From an uncultured Gemmatimonadales bacterium (GTDB taxonomy: Bacteria; Gemmatimonadota; Gemmatimonadetes; Longimicrobiales; RSA9), in assembly GCA_963783305.1 (NCBI GenBank), contig CAWAMW010000017.1:128001-192000 (forward strand): a DNA stretch of 64,000 nt, given 5' to 3'. The notes beneath the pieces were generated by a model. That model did no database searches, had not been told where the DNA came from, and saw nothing but the letters and a program-made list of their open reading frames with translations. Below, one piece after another: positions 30,701-40,581 of the stretch (the stretch's first letter is position 1; every line of letters begins with the position of its first letter). Both the position numbers and the translations under genes were made by a program.

Positions 30701-30820
30701 GTCGACAGCGAATTCGGGCGGCGGGATCAGTGGTCTCGACTGCTGCGCACCCAGCTCTGCCGTCGCTGACAGAACCAGGACTGCACTCATGCACCAGGGG
30801 GGGAGGGTGTGGTGAGCCAT
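27779..30820 (-). CDS. Sensor histidine kinase: beta-propeller repeats, Y_Y_Y, TM, HisKA_3, HATPase
   Basis: Repeated DG.LWIGT..GL; FRYRLEGFD; ERLRLAAELHDGLGQ; YRIVQEALNNVVRHS; GFGLSGMAER. Confidence 0.95.
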   Translation of the reverse strand: MAHHTLPPWCMSAVLVLSATAELGAQQSRPLIPPPEFAVDQWTTEDGLPQNSVNAIVQTPDGYLWIGTFGGLARFDGSAFSRVERTDSAGRPVVDRILSLATTPDGGLWIGTENGLLRRSAAGAYETYATGEGLTHGEVQTLHTDRRGVLWFGTYKGDLNWYADGKLGRFDSVDGTPLGLVESIVEGADGTLWVNVFGGRVLVLPGGDPAARHWWLSPIEGESRLLLEDSGGSRWMGLRLGAARVSGTGVRRFKGPANPSVIVEDQESGYWVGTINDGLFFISPDGSGPPVRRYALPNGRQEFRVRAAHMDSDGNLWLGTNANGLLRTRRNLFTTYTRAHGLSHDVVTAIFGDAAGTLWVATNCGGVNEIDPSRRTVRTLNPRSRADPDGDPCVFSLGRGPTGSVVQGSYGGGVSELPTTGELRVQLPLELADSVVLALLTSRDGTLWVGTRTGGLAEVRDGSVRHIYTTTDGLPHDGVRAIYESRDGALWIGTLGGLSRLADGQLTTYTTRDGLSVSHVRAIHEDDEGTFWIGTYGGGINHFRDGVFSAITRRDGLADDVISAIVEDDAGYFWLSGNRGIYRVARRELVDFVGGRLERVHSVLYGRGDGLRNPETNGGFQPAAWKDPRGHLWFPTVEGVAVVDPARSRRVEAAPSARVEGVTIDGESQPLEEVAMRGEGRPNVEFRYAGLSLSAPEHVTFRYRLEGFDAGWVEAGRRRVAYYPRLPAGAYRFTVRAANRDGVWGKPSSTELRVVPPFWSSKWARLTGGLGLMLLLAGFVRRRDGAARREREATDQFSRRLIESQEHERLRLAAELHDGLGQDLMIVRNRALLALRSAGMEPEVRQQIDHICDVVSGALESIRELVHDLTPHQLRHLGLSSALHAMAEALAATSGIDLDTRIEEIDGLMPEESEINLYRIVQEALNNVVRHSGARTASLRVWQDGAEIHLAVRDRGRGFRSERAAHHHGDGGFGLSGMAERARILGGTLRVRSAPGRGTRVELSVPASAMSGT

Positions 30821-31001
30821 TACACCTAAAGGTGTATCCTGTCCGCCGTACCTACAACTATCGCGTGACTGCCGTCGCCAGCAGGACCCGTCCCCCCGGA
30901 ATTGGACGAGGCACGGGCCGCGCCGAAACGCGCGTCCCGTGCCCCGTCAGAAACCGTACGCCGGAAAACACGCCGAGAAGCGCGTTGCCCGACGCGCGCT
31001 C

Positions 31002-31448
31002 CTACCGGTCCGGCTTGGCCGGCTCGGAGATCTTCTCCACCGTCCGCTCCACTTCCTCGGCCGCCGAGTCCGGCATTTCCACCGCAAGGTCGGCCTGGGC
31101 GATGATGCCGATGATCCGGTCATCCTCCATCACGGGCACGCGCCGCACCTGACCGGCCTTCATCCGCTCCATGACAGTCTTCGTGTCATCGTCGGCGGTC
31201 ACGGTGTACAGGTTGCCCTTCGTCATCTCGTTGCCGACGCGGCACTCGCCCGTGTCGTGCCCTTCCGCAACGTGACGGGTGGCGATGTCCCGGTCGGTGA
31301 TCACGCCCCGAAGACGACGGCTGCTGGCGTCATCGACGACGGGCATCAGCCCGACATCCAGCTCGCGCATCCGCTGCGCCGCCTTCTGGACGGTGTCCTC
31401 CTCGGTGAGGCATTCCGGGTTCTCGGTCATGAGTTCGCGGGCCTTCAT
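31002..31448 (-). CDS. CBS-domain pair protein
   Basis: AGGA RBS; MKARELMT, GVITDRDI, QVRRVPV, GIIAQADL. Confidence 0.92.
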   Translation of the reverse strand: MKARELMTENPECLTEEDTVQKAAQRMRELDVGLMPVVDDASSRRLRGVITDRDIATRHVAEGHDTGECRVGNEMTKGNLYTVTADDDTKTVMERMKAGQVRRVPVMEDDRIIGIIAQADLAVEMPDSAAEEVERTVEKISEPAKPDR

Positions 31449-31545
31449 ATCTTTCCTCCTACGCTCGTGTGGCGAGTCGATTCGGATCCATATAAGGTGC
31501 AATCGTCATGCCCGACGGGCGCCGGGATCCCGGCGCTACGGCTGC

Positions 31546-32730
31546 CTAGTACGCCGCGACTCCTGTAACGTCGTGTCCGAGAATGAGCGTGTGGATGTCG
31601 TGCGTGCCCTCGTACGTGTACACGCTCTCGAGGTTCGCCATGTGGCGCATGGCGGAGTACTCGATGAGGATGCCGTTAGCGCCGAGGAGGCGACGGGCCT
31701 CGCGGGCGGTCTCCGTAGCCATGTCCACCGTGGCGCGCTTGGCCAGCGACACCTGCTGTGGCCGCATCTTCCCGGCGTCCTTGAGGCGTCCCAGCTGGAG
31801 CGTGAGGAGCTGCGCCTGCGTGATGTCGGTGAGCATCTGCGCGAGCCGCGCCTGCTGGAGCTGCTTGCCGGCGATCGGCGTATCGCCGAACTGCACGCGC
31901 TGCTTCGAGTAGCTCAGCGCCTCATCATAGCAGGCCATGGCCGCGCCCACCGCGCCGAAGGCGATGCCGTAGCGGGCCTGGGTGAGGCACATGAGCGGGC
32001 TCTTCAGCCCTCCCGACTCCGGCAGGAGCGCGTCGGCGCCCACGCGGACGTCGTCCATATGCAGCTCGCTGGTGTCGGACGCCAGCAGGCTCAGCTTTCC
32101 CTTCTGGTCGCGTGCGCTGAAGCCATCGCTGTCCGTGTGGACGATGAAGCCGCGGATCGAGGAGACGTCGTCGATGTCGCCGGTCTTCGCCCACACGATC
32201 GCGATGTCGGCCATGGACCCGTTCGTGATCCACATCTTCGACCCGTTCAGGACCCAGCCGTCGCCGTCCTTCTTCGCGGTCGTGAGCATGCCGCCGGGGT
32301 TCGAGCCGAAGTCGGGCTCCGTCAGACCGAAGCAGCCGATGATCTCCCCCGCGGCCATGCCCGGAAGGTACTTCTCCCGCTGCTCCTCCGAGCCGAACTC
32401 GTAAATGGGATACATGCACAGCGCCCCCTGCACGGAGGCGAACGACCGGATCCCCGAATCCCCCCGCTCCAGCTCCTGCATGATCAGACCGTACGCCACG
32501 TTGTTGAGCCCCGCGCAGCCATACTTCTCCGGCAGGTTGGCGCCATAGATGCCCAGCTCGGCCATCTCCGGGATGAGCTCCTTCGGGAAGCGCTTCTCGA
32601 TATACGCTTCCTCGATGATCGGCATGAGCGAGTCGTCCACCCACTGGCGGACGGTGTCGCGCACCATCCGCTCTTCCTCGCTCAGGAGCGAGTCGACGTC
32701 GTAATAGTCCACACCCTGGAATTTTGCCAT
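31546..32730 (-). CDS. gcdH: Acyl-CoA dehydrogenase, glutaryl-CoA dehydrogenase-like
   Basis: ELERGDSG.RSFASVQ, GCFGLTEPD.GSNP, NGSKMWITNG, NLESVYTYEGTHDIH. Confidence 0.85.
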   Translation of the reverse strand: MAKFQGVDYYDVDSLLSEEERMVRDTVRQWVDDSLMPIIEEAYIEKRFPKELIPEMAELGIYGANLPEKYGCAGLNNVAYGLIMQELERGDSGIRSFASVQGALCMYPIYEFGSEEQREKYLPGMAAGEIIGCFGLTEPDFGSNPGGMLTTAKKDGDGWVLNGSKMWITNGSMADIAIVWAKTGDIDDVSSIRGFIVHTDSDGFSARDQKGKLSLLASDTSELHMDDVRVGADALLPESGGLKSPLMCLTQARYGIAFGAVGAAMACYDEALSYSKQRVQFGDTPIAGKQLQQARLAQMLTDITQAQLLTLQLGRLKDAGKMRPQQVSLAKRATVDMATETAREARRLLGANGILIEYSAMRHMANLESVYTYEGTHDIHTLILGHDVTGVAAY

Positions 32731-32879
32731 CTTACAGTCCGTTCAGGTTGATCTGCGGGGGCCCTAACCTAATCGGTGGGCCGGGCCTTGGCGAGGTGGT
32801 GCGCGTTGCCGCAGGTGGCACGCCCTCTGCGGCAGCATCGGGGTCGAGAGCCAACATCCCCCTGAACCCACGGAAAGCC

Positions 32880-33263
32880 ATGCGACTCATCGCAAGGATC
32901 GCCCCCGCCGCCCTTCTCCTCACCATCGCGGCGTGCGCCACCACGGCCGAGCGTCTCCCGATCACGGACGTTCCGGCAGGCAACTACGTGATGGTGGAGC
33001 CCGCATCCGACACCTACCAGGCCGTCTCCATCACCGACCGCGCCTACATGATGCGCGCGGGCGACCAGCTGATGGGCGGGGAGATGTGGGTGGACGCAGC
33101 GGGCGATCTTCACCTGTTGGCCACCGACGGTCCCTGCCTGGGGCAGGAGTCACTCTGGAGGTACGATTACGAGGGCCGTCGCATCACGCTGGATCTGGTC
33201 GAGGACATGTGCACCGCGCGGATGAACGCCCTGCCGGATCGCATCGTCTACGAGCGCCGCTGA
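32880..33263 (+). CDS. Hypothetical lipoprotein
   Basis: Signal with lipobox IAAC; two further cysteines. Confidence 0.75.
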   Translation: MRLIARIAPAALLLTIAACATTAERLPITDVPAGNYVMVEPASDTYQAVSITDRAYMMRAGDQLMGGEMWVDAAGDLHLLATDGPCLGQESLWRYDYEGRRITLDLVEDMCTARMNALPDRIVYERR

Positions 33264-33276
33264 CGCGACGGGCGAC

Positions 33277-34299
33277 CTAGCGCAGGTTGTCCAGCACGGC
33301 CGCGGCGAACTCATCCGTGCTCCCGGTGCCCCCCACGTCCCGCGTACGGCGGTCGTCGGGGCATTCCCGGAGGCAGCTGGTGAGGGCGCCGCGGATGCGG
33401 GTCGCCACCTCCTGCTGGCCCACGTGGTCCAGGAGCATGCACGCCGCCAGGATCTGGGCGGTAGGGTTGGCCACGCCCCGGCCGGCGATGTCGGGGGCGG
33501 ATCCGTGGACCGGCTCGAACATGGCCGCGTCGGTACCGATGTTCCCACCCGGCGCCATCCCGAGCCCGCCGACCAGGCCGGCCATGAGGTCGCTCAGGAT
33601 GTCCCCGAACATGTTCTCCATCACCAGCACGTCGAACTGATACGGGTTCAGGACCATGTTCATGGCGCACGCGTCGATGATCATGTCCTCGAACTCGATT
33701 CGGCCCTCGTACAGATCGGCCACCTCGTGGCCCACCTCCAGGAAGAGCCCCTGCGTGTACTTCAGGATGTTCGCCTTGTGGGCGATCGTGACTTTCTTCC
33801 TGTTGTTCGCCACGGCGTACTCGAACGCGTACTCCACGATCCGCCGGGCACCGAACCGGGTGATGATCATCACCGATTCCGCCGCCGCCTTCGGGTCGCC
33901 CTCGAGACCAATGTAGTGCTCCACACCGACATACAGCCCCTCGGTGTTTTCGCGGATCAGCACCAGGTCGATGTCCTCGTACCGACCGCCGGGCATGAGC
34001 GTTACCGCCGGGCGAACGTTGGCGTACAGGTCGAACTCCTTGCGGATCGCCACGTTGATCGACCGGAACCCCGACCCCACCGGCGTTGTCAGGGGGCCCT
34101 TCAGGATGAGCCCCGTTCGCTGCGCGGATTCCAGCGTCTCCCGGGGGAGCGGGTCATCCATCTCGTGGACGGCGGCCACGCCGGCCAGCTGCCGGTCGTA
34201 CTCCAGGTCCGCCCCGGCCTCATCGAGGATACGGAGCGTCGACTCCACGATGTCCGGTCCGATCCCGTCGCCGGGGATCAGTGTTACGGTCGTGCTCAT
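33277..34299 (-). CDS. Isocitrate/isopropylmalate dehydrogenase family protein (NAD-IDH-like)
   Basis: [45 protein letters not shown]. Confidence 0.93.
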   Translation of the reverse strand: MSTTVTLIPGDGIGPDIVESTLRILDEAGADLEYDRQLAGVAAVHEMDDPLPRETLESAQRTGLILKGPLTTPVGSGFRSINVAIRKEFDLYANVRPAVTLMPGGRYEDIDLVLIRENTEGLYVGVEHYIGLEGDPKAAAESVMIITRFGARRIVEYAFEYAVANNRKKVTIAHKANILKYTQGLFLEVGHEVADLYEGRIEFEDMIIDACAMNMVLNPYQFDVLVMENMFGDILSDLMAGLVGGLGMAPGGNIGTDAAMFEPVHGSAPDIAGRGVANPTAQILAACMLLDHVGQQEVATRIRGALTSCLRECPDDRRTRDVGGTGSTDEFAAAVLDNLR

Positions 34300-34306
34300 C
34301 GGTCCC

Positions 34307-34828
34307 TCAATTCACGTATTCAGGATTGTAGCGGAACTCGGTGCGCTCCTCGCTCCACTCCGTCAGCTCTTCGAGCTTGCGCGGGTTCTCCCTCCCGCCC
34401 TCGAGCGCGGTGCCGAGGATGTTCAGCGTGCGCCGCCACTGCACGTCACTCATGGCGTTCCTCCGCAGCATGGCCCGCGCCACCTCGTCGCCGTCGGGGA
34501 GTCGCGTGATGACCCGCACGGCGGCGATGCCCGGGTAGGCCTCGAAGAGGGACCGGGTCGACGGCGTCATCAGGTAGACGTACGGCCCCACCCGCGCCCA
34601 CAGGGATCCGCCCCGCTCCAGCTGCCGGTACGGCTGCTCGACGTGCACCTCCACAATGTTCCCGCGGAGCCGAACCGAATCGATCCCGCGATACTCCGTG
34701 TAATAGGGCTCGACCTCCTCCACGGGCGGCGGCTCGGGCCCCTCCCGATCCAGGTACTCCCGCACGCGGTCGCACCCGCCGAGCATTACGAGGCCGGCCA
34801 GGCCGGCCGCCATCATGTATGCCTTCAC
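34307..34828 (-). CDS. Hypothetical lipoprotein
   Basis: GTG start after GAAGGA; lipobox LGGC. Confidence 0.75.
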   Translation of the reverse strand: MKAYMMAAGLAGLVMLGGCDRVREYLDREGPEPPPVEEVEPYYTEYRGIDSVRLRGNIVEVHVEQPYRQLERGGSLWARVGPYVYLMTPSTRSLFEAYPGIAAVRVITRLPDGDEVARAMLRRNAMSDVQWRRTLNILGTALEGGRENPRKLEELTEWSEERTEFRYNPEYVN

Positions 34829-34874
34829 TCCACGTCCTTCGTTTCGGTCCGGTCCCACTGTGGCCGCCACCTTA

Positions 34875-35453
34875 TCAGGGCACAAGGCTCCGCGCCACCG
34901 CTTCGGCGAGGGTGGCCAGGGCCGCCGTACCCGTGGGGCTCGTCGGGCTCCGGGTCCGGTGCAGCCACAGGACCCTCCCACCGCGGATGTCCACCACCGC
35001 CATGGTCAGGTCGAGCTGGATGCCGGTGGAATCCGTTCGCTCCTCGAGCGACACCGGCACCAGTGCGAGGTTCGCGTCCACCACCGCACCGAGCTGCCGC
35101 AGCGCGCCGTAGAGCGGGTCTATGATGCGACGGTCGTTCCCGCCCATGTCCAGCACCGGCCGCTGGAGCGACGCGAGCCGCAGTCGCCACGCGGGCGCAC
35201 GGTCCGCCGCCGCCTGGAGCTCGGCCGGCAGCAGCCACTCGACGGCGGGCAGCGCGTCCTGCAGCCAGTAGGCGAGCTCGGCATCCAGCTGCTCCGGTCC
35301 CGGCGTCTGCACCGGCAGGAGCATGACGCGCTCACCGGCGAGGTTGGGCGCGGCAGGGGCGGGGCCGGGCGCGCGCTCTGCGCTCCGGCCGCCGCAGGCC
35401 GCCGCCAGGGCGAGCAGCCCGAGCACGAGCGCCGTCCGGAGAGGGTGAGTCAT
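34875..35453 (-). CDS. Hypothetical lipoprotein
   Basis: MTHPLRTALVLGLLALAAAC signal and lipobox; operon position. Confidence 0.75.
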   Translation of the reverse strand: MTHPLRTALVLGLLALAAACGGRSAERAPGPAPAAPNLAGERVMLLPVQTPGPEQLDAELAYWLQDALPAVEWLLPAELQAAADRAPAWRLRLASLQRPVLDMGGNDRRIIDPLYGALRQLGAVVDANLALVPVSLEERTDSTGIQLDLTMAVVDIRGGRVLWLHRTRSPTSPTGTAALATLAEAVARSLVP

Positions 35454-35458
35454 CGCGC

Positions 35459-36226
35459 TCACCGGTGCGACCAGCGCGGCTCTCGGCCCTCGCGGTGCGC
35501 GCGGATCCCCTCCCCGGCGTCCTCCAGGTCCATGAGCTCCCGGAGGTACAGGTTCTGGACCCGGTAGAGTGCTTCCTCGTACGTCGAGTAGTACGCCTCG
35601 TACTGCGCGCGCTTGGCGAGCTGGAGCACGGGGCCGCTCTTGGCCGTGAGCTCCGCGACGAACCGGTCGAGCGCCTCGTCGAACGAGCTCTCCTCGAAGA
35701 TCCGGTTCACCAGCCCCACGTCGTACAGCTCCCCGGGCGTAATCTCGTTGCCGGTGAGGATCCACTCCATCGCGCGACGACGGGGCACGACCCTGGGCAG
35801 GATGATGGTGGCGATGTGCGGGATGAGCCCGCGGTCGATCTCCGGCAACCGGAACGTGGCGTTCCGGGAGGCGACGATCAGATTGCAGCCCAGGGCGAGT
35901 TCGAACCCGCTGCCCCACGCCGGTCCCTGCACGGCGGCGATGGAGACCATGTCGATCATCCGGATGGTCTCGAAGATCCGGCTGTACACCTGGAGCATCC
36001 GCTGGAGGCGCTCCCTGCCGTGGTCGGCCAGGTCGAGACCGCGGCAGAAAATGGACTCGCTGCCCCGGATGACCAGCACCTCCACGAGCCCACGGTTTCG
36101 CAGGTCCAGCAGACCCTCGTTGATCTCCTCCATCATGTCGATGTGGAGGAGGTTCTCCGGAGGACGCTCGAGCGTCAGCGTCGCCGACCGCTCGCGTTCC
36201 TCGATCCGTATGTGGTCGTACCCCAT
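35459..36226 (-). CDS. Enoyl-CoA hydratase/isomerase (crotonase) family protein
   Basis: AAVQGPAWGSGFELALGC, FRLPEI, ELMDLEDAGEG. Confidence 0.9.
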   Translation of the reverse strand: MGYDHIRIEERERSATLTLERPPENLLHIDMMEEINEGLLDLRNRGLVEVLVIRGSESIFCRGLDLADHGRERLQRMLQVYSRIFETIRMIDMVSIAAVQGPAWGSGFELALGCNLIVASRNATFRLPEIDRGLIPHIATIILPRVVPRRRAMEWILTGNEITPGELYDVGLVNRIFEESSFDEALDRFVAELTAKSGPVLQLAKRAQYEAYYSTYEEALYRVQNLYLRELMDLEDAGEGIRAHREGREPRWSHR

Positions 36227-36235
36227 GGCATCGTC

Positions 36236-37156
36236 CTACAGTAGGTGCCCGCCATCGACCGGGATGACCGCGCCGGTGATGTGCCGGGCCTGCTCGGAGC
36301 AGAGGAAGAGCACCACGTGGGCCACGTCCTGCGGTCCCCCGAGTCGGCCGAGCACGCTGTGCTCCCGTGCCTCGTCCAGGATCTCGGCCGGCACTGCATC
36401 CGTCAGGCGCGTCGTCCGGATGTACCCGGGTGCGACGGCGTTCACATTCACGTTCGAGGGCCCCAGCTCCACGGCCGCGGAGCGCGTCAACCCCAGCAGG
36501 CCCGCCTTCGAGGCCGCGTAGTTGGCCAGCCCGAACTCCGGCCGGATCCCGTGGATCGAGCTGATGTTGACGATCTTGCCATCCTGCTGAGCGCGGAAAT
36601 CAGGGGCCAGGGCCCGGATCATGTTGAAGGCCCCCGTCAGGTTCGTGCCCAGGACGTCCGCCCACTCCCCGTCGCTCATGCGCCAGAGCGCACGGTCCCG
36701 ACCGATCCCGGCGTTGTTCACCAGGATATCGATCCGACCGAGCTCCTCGCGGGCGCCGTCCACGAACTCCTTCACGGCGTCCGGGTCGCGGACATCGCAT
36801 TCCTGGTGGAAGACCTTGACCTCGAGCTGCCGCAGCTCGAGGGCGGTGCGCTTCGCCTCCTCCCGGCCGCTCGCGCTGCCCAGGTAATTGAAGGCGACGT
36901 TCACGCCATGCCGGGCGAGCTCGAGAGCCGTGGCGCGGCCGATCCCCGTGGAGGCCCCCGTCACGACGGCTCCGCGACCCCTCAGGTCCGCGAACCACGT
37001 GGCGGGGCGCGGCTGCGACTCCTCGACGACCTGGGCCAGGAGTTGCTCGAGGACCTCCACCTCGTCCACCACCTGGTGGCCGGGACTGGTGCCCGGTTCG
37101 GGGTCCCCGTTCGTACGGGCGCCCGGCGGTTTCGGGGCGGGCTCGTCCTTCGACAT
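36236..37156 (-). CDS. Short-chain dehydrogenase, 3-oxoacyl-ACP reductase-like
   Basis: TGASTGIG, NNAGI, YAASK, VNAVAPGYI, VDGG. Confidence 0.92.
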   Translation of the reverse strand: MSKDEPAPKPPGARTNGDPEPGTSPGHQVVDEVEVLEQLLAQVVEESQPRPATWFADLRGRGAVVTGASTGIGRATALELARHGVNVAFNYLGSASGREEAKRTALELRQLEVKVFHQECDVRDPDAVKEFVDGAREELGRIDILVNNAGIGRDRALWRMSDGEWADVLGTNLTGAFNMIRALAPDFRAQQDGKIVNISSIHGIRPEFGLANYAASKAGLLGLTRSAAVELGPSNVNVNAVAPGYIRTTRLTDAVPAEILDEAREHSVLGRLGGPQDVAHVVLFLCSEQARHITGAVIPVDGGHLL

Positions 37157-37201
37157 GGACCCCCTTTGCTGACCGGGCGAGATGAGTGGGCGGACCGGCG
37201 C

Positions 37202-37230
37202 AGAATGGGACCGCCCGGGGGCAGTGTCAA
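37202..37230 (-). promoter_or_regulatory. Sigma70-type promoter upstream of the SDR gene
   Basis: TTGACA-17 nt-CATTCT on the minus strand. Confidence 0.55.
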
Positions 37231-37245
37231 GCGAGAGCGTGCCCC

Positions 37246-37950
37246 TCAGCCGGCCGCCTCACCCTCCCCGTCATCCGTCTTGCGCGTCCGGTGGAAGGCG
37301 TGCTTGATCGTCTTGCCTTCCACCATGAAGACCACGTCCTCCGCCACGTTCGTCGCGAGGTCCGCGATCCGCTCGAGGTTCCGGGACACCAGGATCAGAT
37401 CGATCCCCGCGCCGATCTTCCGGGGCTCCTCCATCATGTGCGTCAGCAGGATCCGGAACACGTTCTCGTGCAGCTCGTCCACCCGGTCATCGCGTTTCCC
37501 GATCTCCCGGGCCAGCTGTGCGTCGGAGCGGACGAAGGCATCCAGCGCGTCATTGAGCATGTCCGTGGCCAGCCCCGTCATCTCCTCCAGCTCGGGTAGC
37601 TGGGGCAGTCTCGGCGCCTCCACGACGAACTCCAGGACCTCGGCGATGTTGACCGCATGGTCGCCTACCCGCTCCAGGTCGTTGCCGATCTTCATGGCCA
37701 TGGTGATGAACCGGAGGTCGCGGGCCATGGGCTGCTGGAGGGCGAGCAGGCTGATGGCCTGGTTGTCCACGGCCATCTCCAGCTTATCGATCTCCACGTC
37801 GCTCCTCTTCACCTGCCGCGCGAGCTCCACGTCGCGCTCCAGCAGACTTTGCACCGCCAGCGCCACCTGCCGCTCCGCCAGCCCCGCCATCCGCACCAGC
37901 GACTCCTTCAGCCGGTCCAGCTCCGTCTCGAAGTGCCGGTGCTGCTTCAT
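37246..37950 (-). CDS. phoU: Phosphate transport system regulator PhoU
   Basis: [35 protein letters not shown]; follows pstB. Confidence 0.97.
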   Translation of the reverse strand: MKQHRHFETELDRLKESLVRMAGLAERQVALAVQSLLERDVELARQVKRSDVEIDKLEMAVDNQAISLLALQQPMARDLRFITMAMKIGNDLERVGDHAVNIAEVLEFVVEAPRLPQLPELEEMTGLATDMLNDALDAFVRSDAQLAREIGKRDDRVDELHENVFRILLTHMMEEPRKIGAGIDLILVSRNLERIADLATNVAEDVVFMVEGKTIKHAFHRTRKTDDGEGEAAG

Positions 37951-38747
37951 CCGAACCTCCCGGTAATGTAGGACTCCGTGCGCTCCTCCACGGGGTTGGT
38001 GAAGATCCCGTCCGTCTCACCGTACTCGATCAGCTCCCCCATGTACAGGAACGCCGTAAAGTCGGAGATCCGCGCCGCCTGCTGCATGTTGTGGGTCACG
38101 ATCACGACCGAATAGTCCTCCTTCAGGTCGAAGATGAGCTCCTCGATCCGCTGGGTCGCGATGGGGTCCAGCGCAGACGTGGGCTCGTCCATGAGAATCA
38201 CCTCCGGCTCGATGGCCAGCGCGCGTGCCACTACCAGCCGCTGCTGTTGTCCGCCCGAGAGGCCCAGCGCTCCCTCGTGCAGGCGGTCCTTCACCTCGTC
38301 CCACAGCGCCGCCTGCCTCAGCGACCGCTCCACCAGCTCCGCCATATCCCCCTTGAATCCGTTGATCCGTGCGCCAAACGCCACGTTGTCGTAGATCGAC
38401 TTAGGGAACGGGTTCGGCTTCTGGAACACCATCCCGATCCGCCGGCGGACGTCGACGGGGTCCACGTCGGGGCCGTACAGCGACTCACCGCGAAACCGGA
38501 CGGCGCCTTCCACGCGCGCCGCGGGGACCAGGTCGTTCATCCGGTTGAAGCAGCGCAGGAGCGTGCTCTTGCCGCACCCGGATGGGCCGATGAACGCCAC
38601 CACCTGCTTGCGCGGGATCTTCAGCGTGATGTCCTTCACCGCGGCCTTGTCACCGTACCGGACCCACAGGCCCTCCGTCTCCAGTACCGCGTCTCCGGGC
38701 GGCGTGATGATGGACCCTCCGGTGGCCTCTGTCGTGGAATCCGTCAT
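37947..38747 (-). CDS. pstB: Phosphate ABC transporter ATPase
   Basis: [41 protein letters not shown]. Confidence 0.98.
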   Translation of the reverse strand: MTDSTTEATGGSIITPPGDAVLETEGLWVRYGDKAAVKDITLKIPRKQVVAFIGPSGCGKSTLLRCFNRMNDLVPAARVEGAVRFRGESLYGPDVDPVDVRRRIGMVFQKPNPFPKSIYDNVAFGARINGFKGDMAELVERSLRQAALWDEVKDRLHEGALGLSGGQQQRLVVARALAIEPEVILMDEPTSALDPIATQRIEELIFDLKEDYSVVIVTHNMQQAARISDFTAFLYMGELIEYGETDGIFTNPVEERTESYITGRFG

Positions 38748-39655
38748 TCGCCCCTCGACTTCTGGAAATGGTTTCGCAGCCAGATGGCGCCGGCATTCAT
38801 GCTCAGGAGGACCAGGAGCAGAACGACAATGGCGCTGGCCGCCAGCTCGTGGAACTCCGCCTGCGGACGTCCGATCCAGTCATAGATCTGGATGGGCAGG
38901 ACCGTGAACGCGTCCAGCGGTCCGGCCGGCAGGAACGCCACGTAGCCGACGGCGCCGATCACGATGAGCGGTGCGGTCTCCCCGATGGCCCGTGACAGGG
39001 CCAGGATCGTGCCGGTCATGATGCCGGGGAACGCCTGCGGCAGAACCTGCCGCGAGATTGCCTGCCAGCGCGTGGCGCCAAGGGCGTACGCGCCGAATCG
39101 ATAGCTGGGCGGAACCGCGCGGATCGCCTCCTGCGCCGCAATGATGATCACGGGCAGGATGAGCAGCGCCAGCGTGGCGGCCCCGGCCAGCAGGCTTCGA
39201 CCCATGGCCATGGCGCGCACGAACACCGCCAGCCCCAGGATCCCGTACACGATGGACGGCACGGCGGCCAGGTTGGAGATGTTGAGCTGGATGATCCGCC
39301 GGAGCCGGTTATTGGGAGCGTATTCTTCCAGCCAGATCGCCGTCCCCACGCCCAGCGGGAAGGAGAGGGCCGCGGTGAGGCCGAGGATCCAGAGGGACCC
39401 CACCACCGCCGGCCAGACACCCGCGCGAGCAGCGATCCGGGAGGGGAATGAGGTGATGAAGGACCAGGACACCCCGCCGATCCCGTCGGAAATCAGGTCG
39501 AAGAGGAGCACGACGAGCATGAGCACGCCGAAGAGTGTGGCCCCCATGGCCACCGCGGCGAACACCCTGCCCGTCCGGTGCCTCTGCCGGATCCGCGGGT
39601 CGTATTCCGCGGCATCGGTGAGCGTGGAGTCGAGTCGTGCGCGCGGGACGCTCAC
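38744..39655 (-). CDS. pstA: Phosphate ABC transporter permease
   Basis: [25 protein letters not shown]. Confidence 0.96.
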   Translation of the reverse strand: MSVPRARLDSTLTDAAEYDPRIRQRHRTGRVFAAVAMGATLFGVLMLVVLLFDLISDGIGGVSWSFITSFPSRIAARAGVWPAVVGSLWILGLTAALSFPLGVGTAIWLEEYAPNNRLRRIIQLNISNLAAVPSIVYGILGLAVFVRAMAMGRSLLAGAATLALLILPVIIIAAQEAIRAVPPSYRFGAYALGATRWQAISRQVLPQAFPGIMTGTILALSRAIGETAPLIVIGAVGYVAFLPAGPLDAFTVLPIQIYDWIGRPQAEFHELAASAIVVLLLVLLSMNAGAIWLRNHFQKSRGE

Positions 39656-40581
39656 TCGTACACCTCCCGAAAGCGTCGGAGGATCAGCAGGCTGATGGCG
39701 TTCATGGCGAGCGTGATCAGGAAGAGCACCAGCCCCACGGCGAAGATGGTCTTGTACTCGATGCTCCCGTACGGCGTCTCACCGCGACTCACCTGCACGA
39801 TGTAGGCGGTCATGGTCTCGATGCTGGTGAACGGGTTCAGCGTCAGCTTGGGCGTGGCACCCGCCGCGATGGTCACCGCCATCGTCTCACCGATCGCCCG
39901 CGACAGCGCCAGGATGAACGACGCGATCACGCCCGACAGCGCCGCCGGGAACACCGTCCGCGTCGCCACCTCGTACTTCGTCGCCCCCAGCGCGAACGCC
40001 CCCTGCCGGAGCGAGTCCGGGACCGACGACAGCGCGTCCTCCGACAGCGAGGATACCAGCGGGATGATCATGATCCCCACCACGATGCTCGCGCTGGCCG
40101 CGTTGAAGATATCGGTACCCGGCACCACCATCCGGATCAGCGGCGTGACGAAGGTCAGGGCGAAATAGCCGTACACCACCGTTGGGATCCCCGCCAGGAT
40201 CTCCAGCGCCGGCTTCACGACCTTCCGGATCCGCCCGGGGGCGTACTCGCTCAGGTAGATGGCGATGAGGACGCCCAGCGGCAGCGCCACGACGGCCGCG
40301 CCCACCGCCACGAGCACCGACCCGGCCACGAGCGGCAGAATGCCGAAGCTCTGCGGCCGGATCAACGGCGCCCAGCGGGTCCCCGTGAGGAACTCCCACG
40401 GGGACACCTGGAGAAAGAAGCCCACGGACTCCTCCACCAGCACCACCACGATCCCGAGGGTCGTGAGGATGCTGATGACGCTGAACAGCAGGAGCACGCC
40501 GCCGATGGCTCGCTCCGTGGCGCGCCGGCGGCGACGGCTCGGTGGCGCCCAGCGGGATTCAGCTTCCGCCGGCAAGCTCAT
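39652..40581 (-). CDS. pstC: Phosphate ABC transporter permease
   Basis: [26 protein letters not shown]. Confidence 0.96.
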   Translation of the reverse strand: MSLPAEAESRWAPPSRRRRRATERAIGGVLLLFSVISILTTLGIVVVLVEESVGFFLQVSPWEFLTGTRWAPLIRPQSFGILPLVAGSVLVAVGAAVVALPLGVLIAIYLSEYAPGRIRKVVKPALEILAGIPTVVYGYFALTFVTPLIRMVVPGTDIFNAASASIVVGIMIIPLVSSLSEDALSSVPDSLRQGAFALGATKYEVATRTVFPAALSGVIASFILALSRAIGETMAVTIAAGATPKLTLNPFTSIETMTAYIVQVSRGETPYGSIEYKTIFAVGLVLFLITLAMNAISLLILRRFREVYE

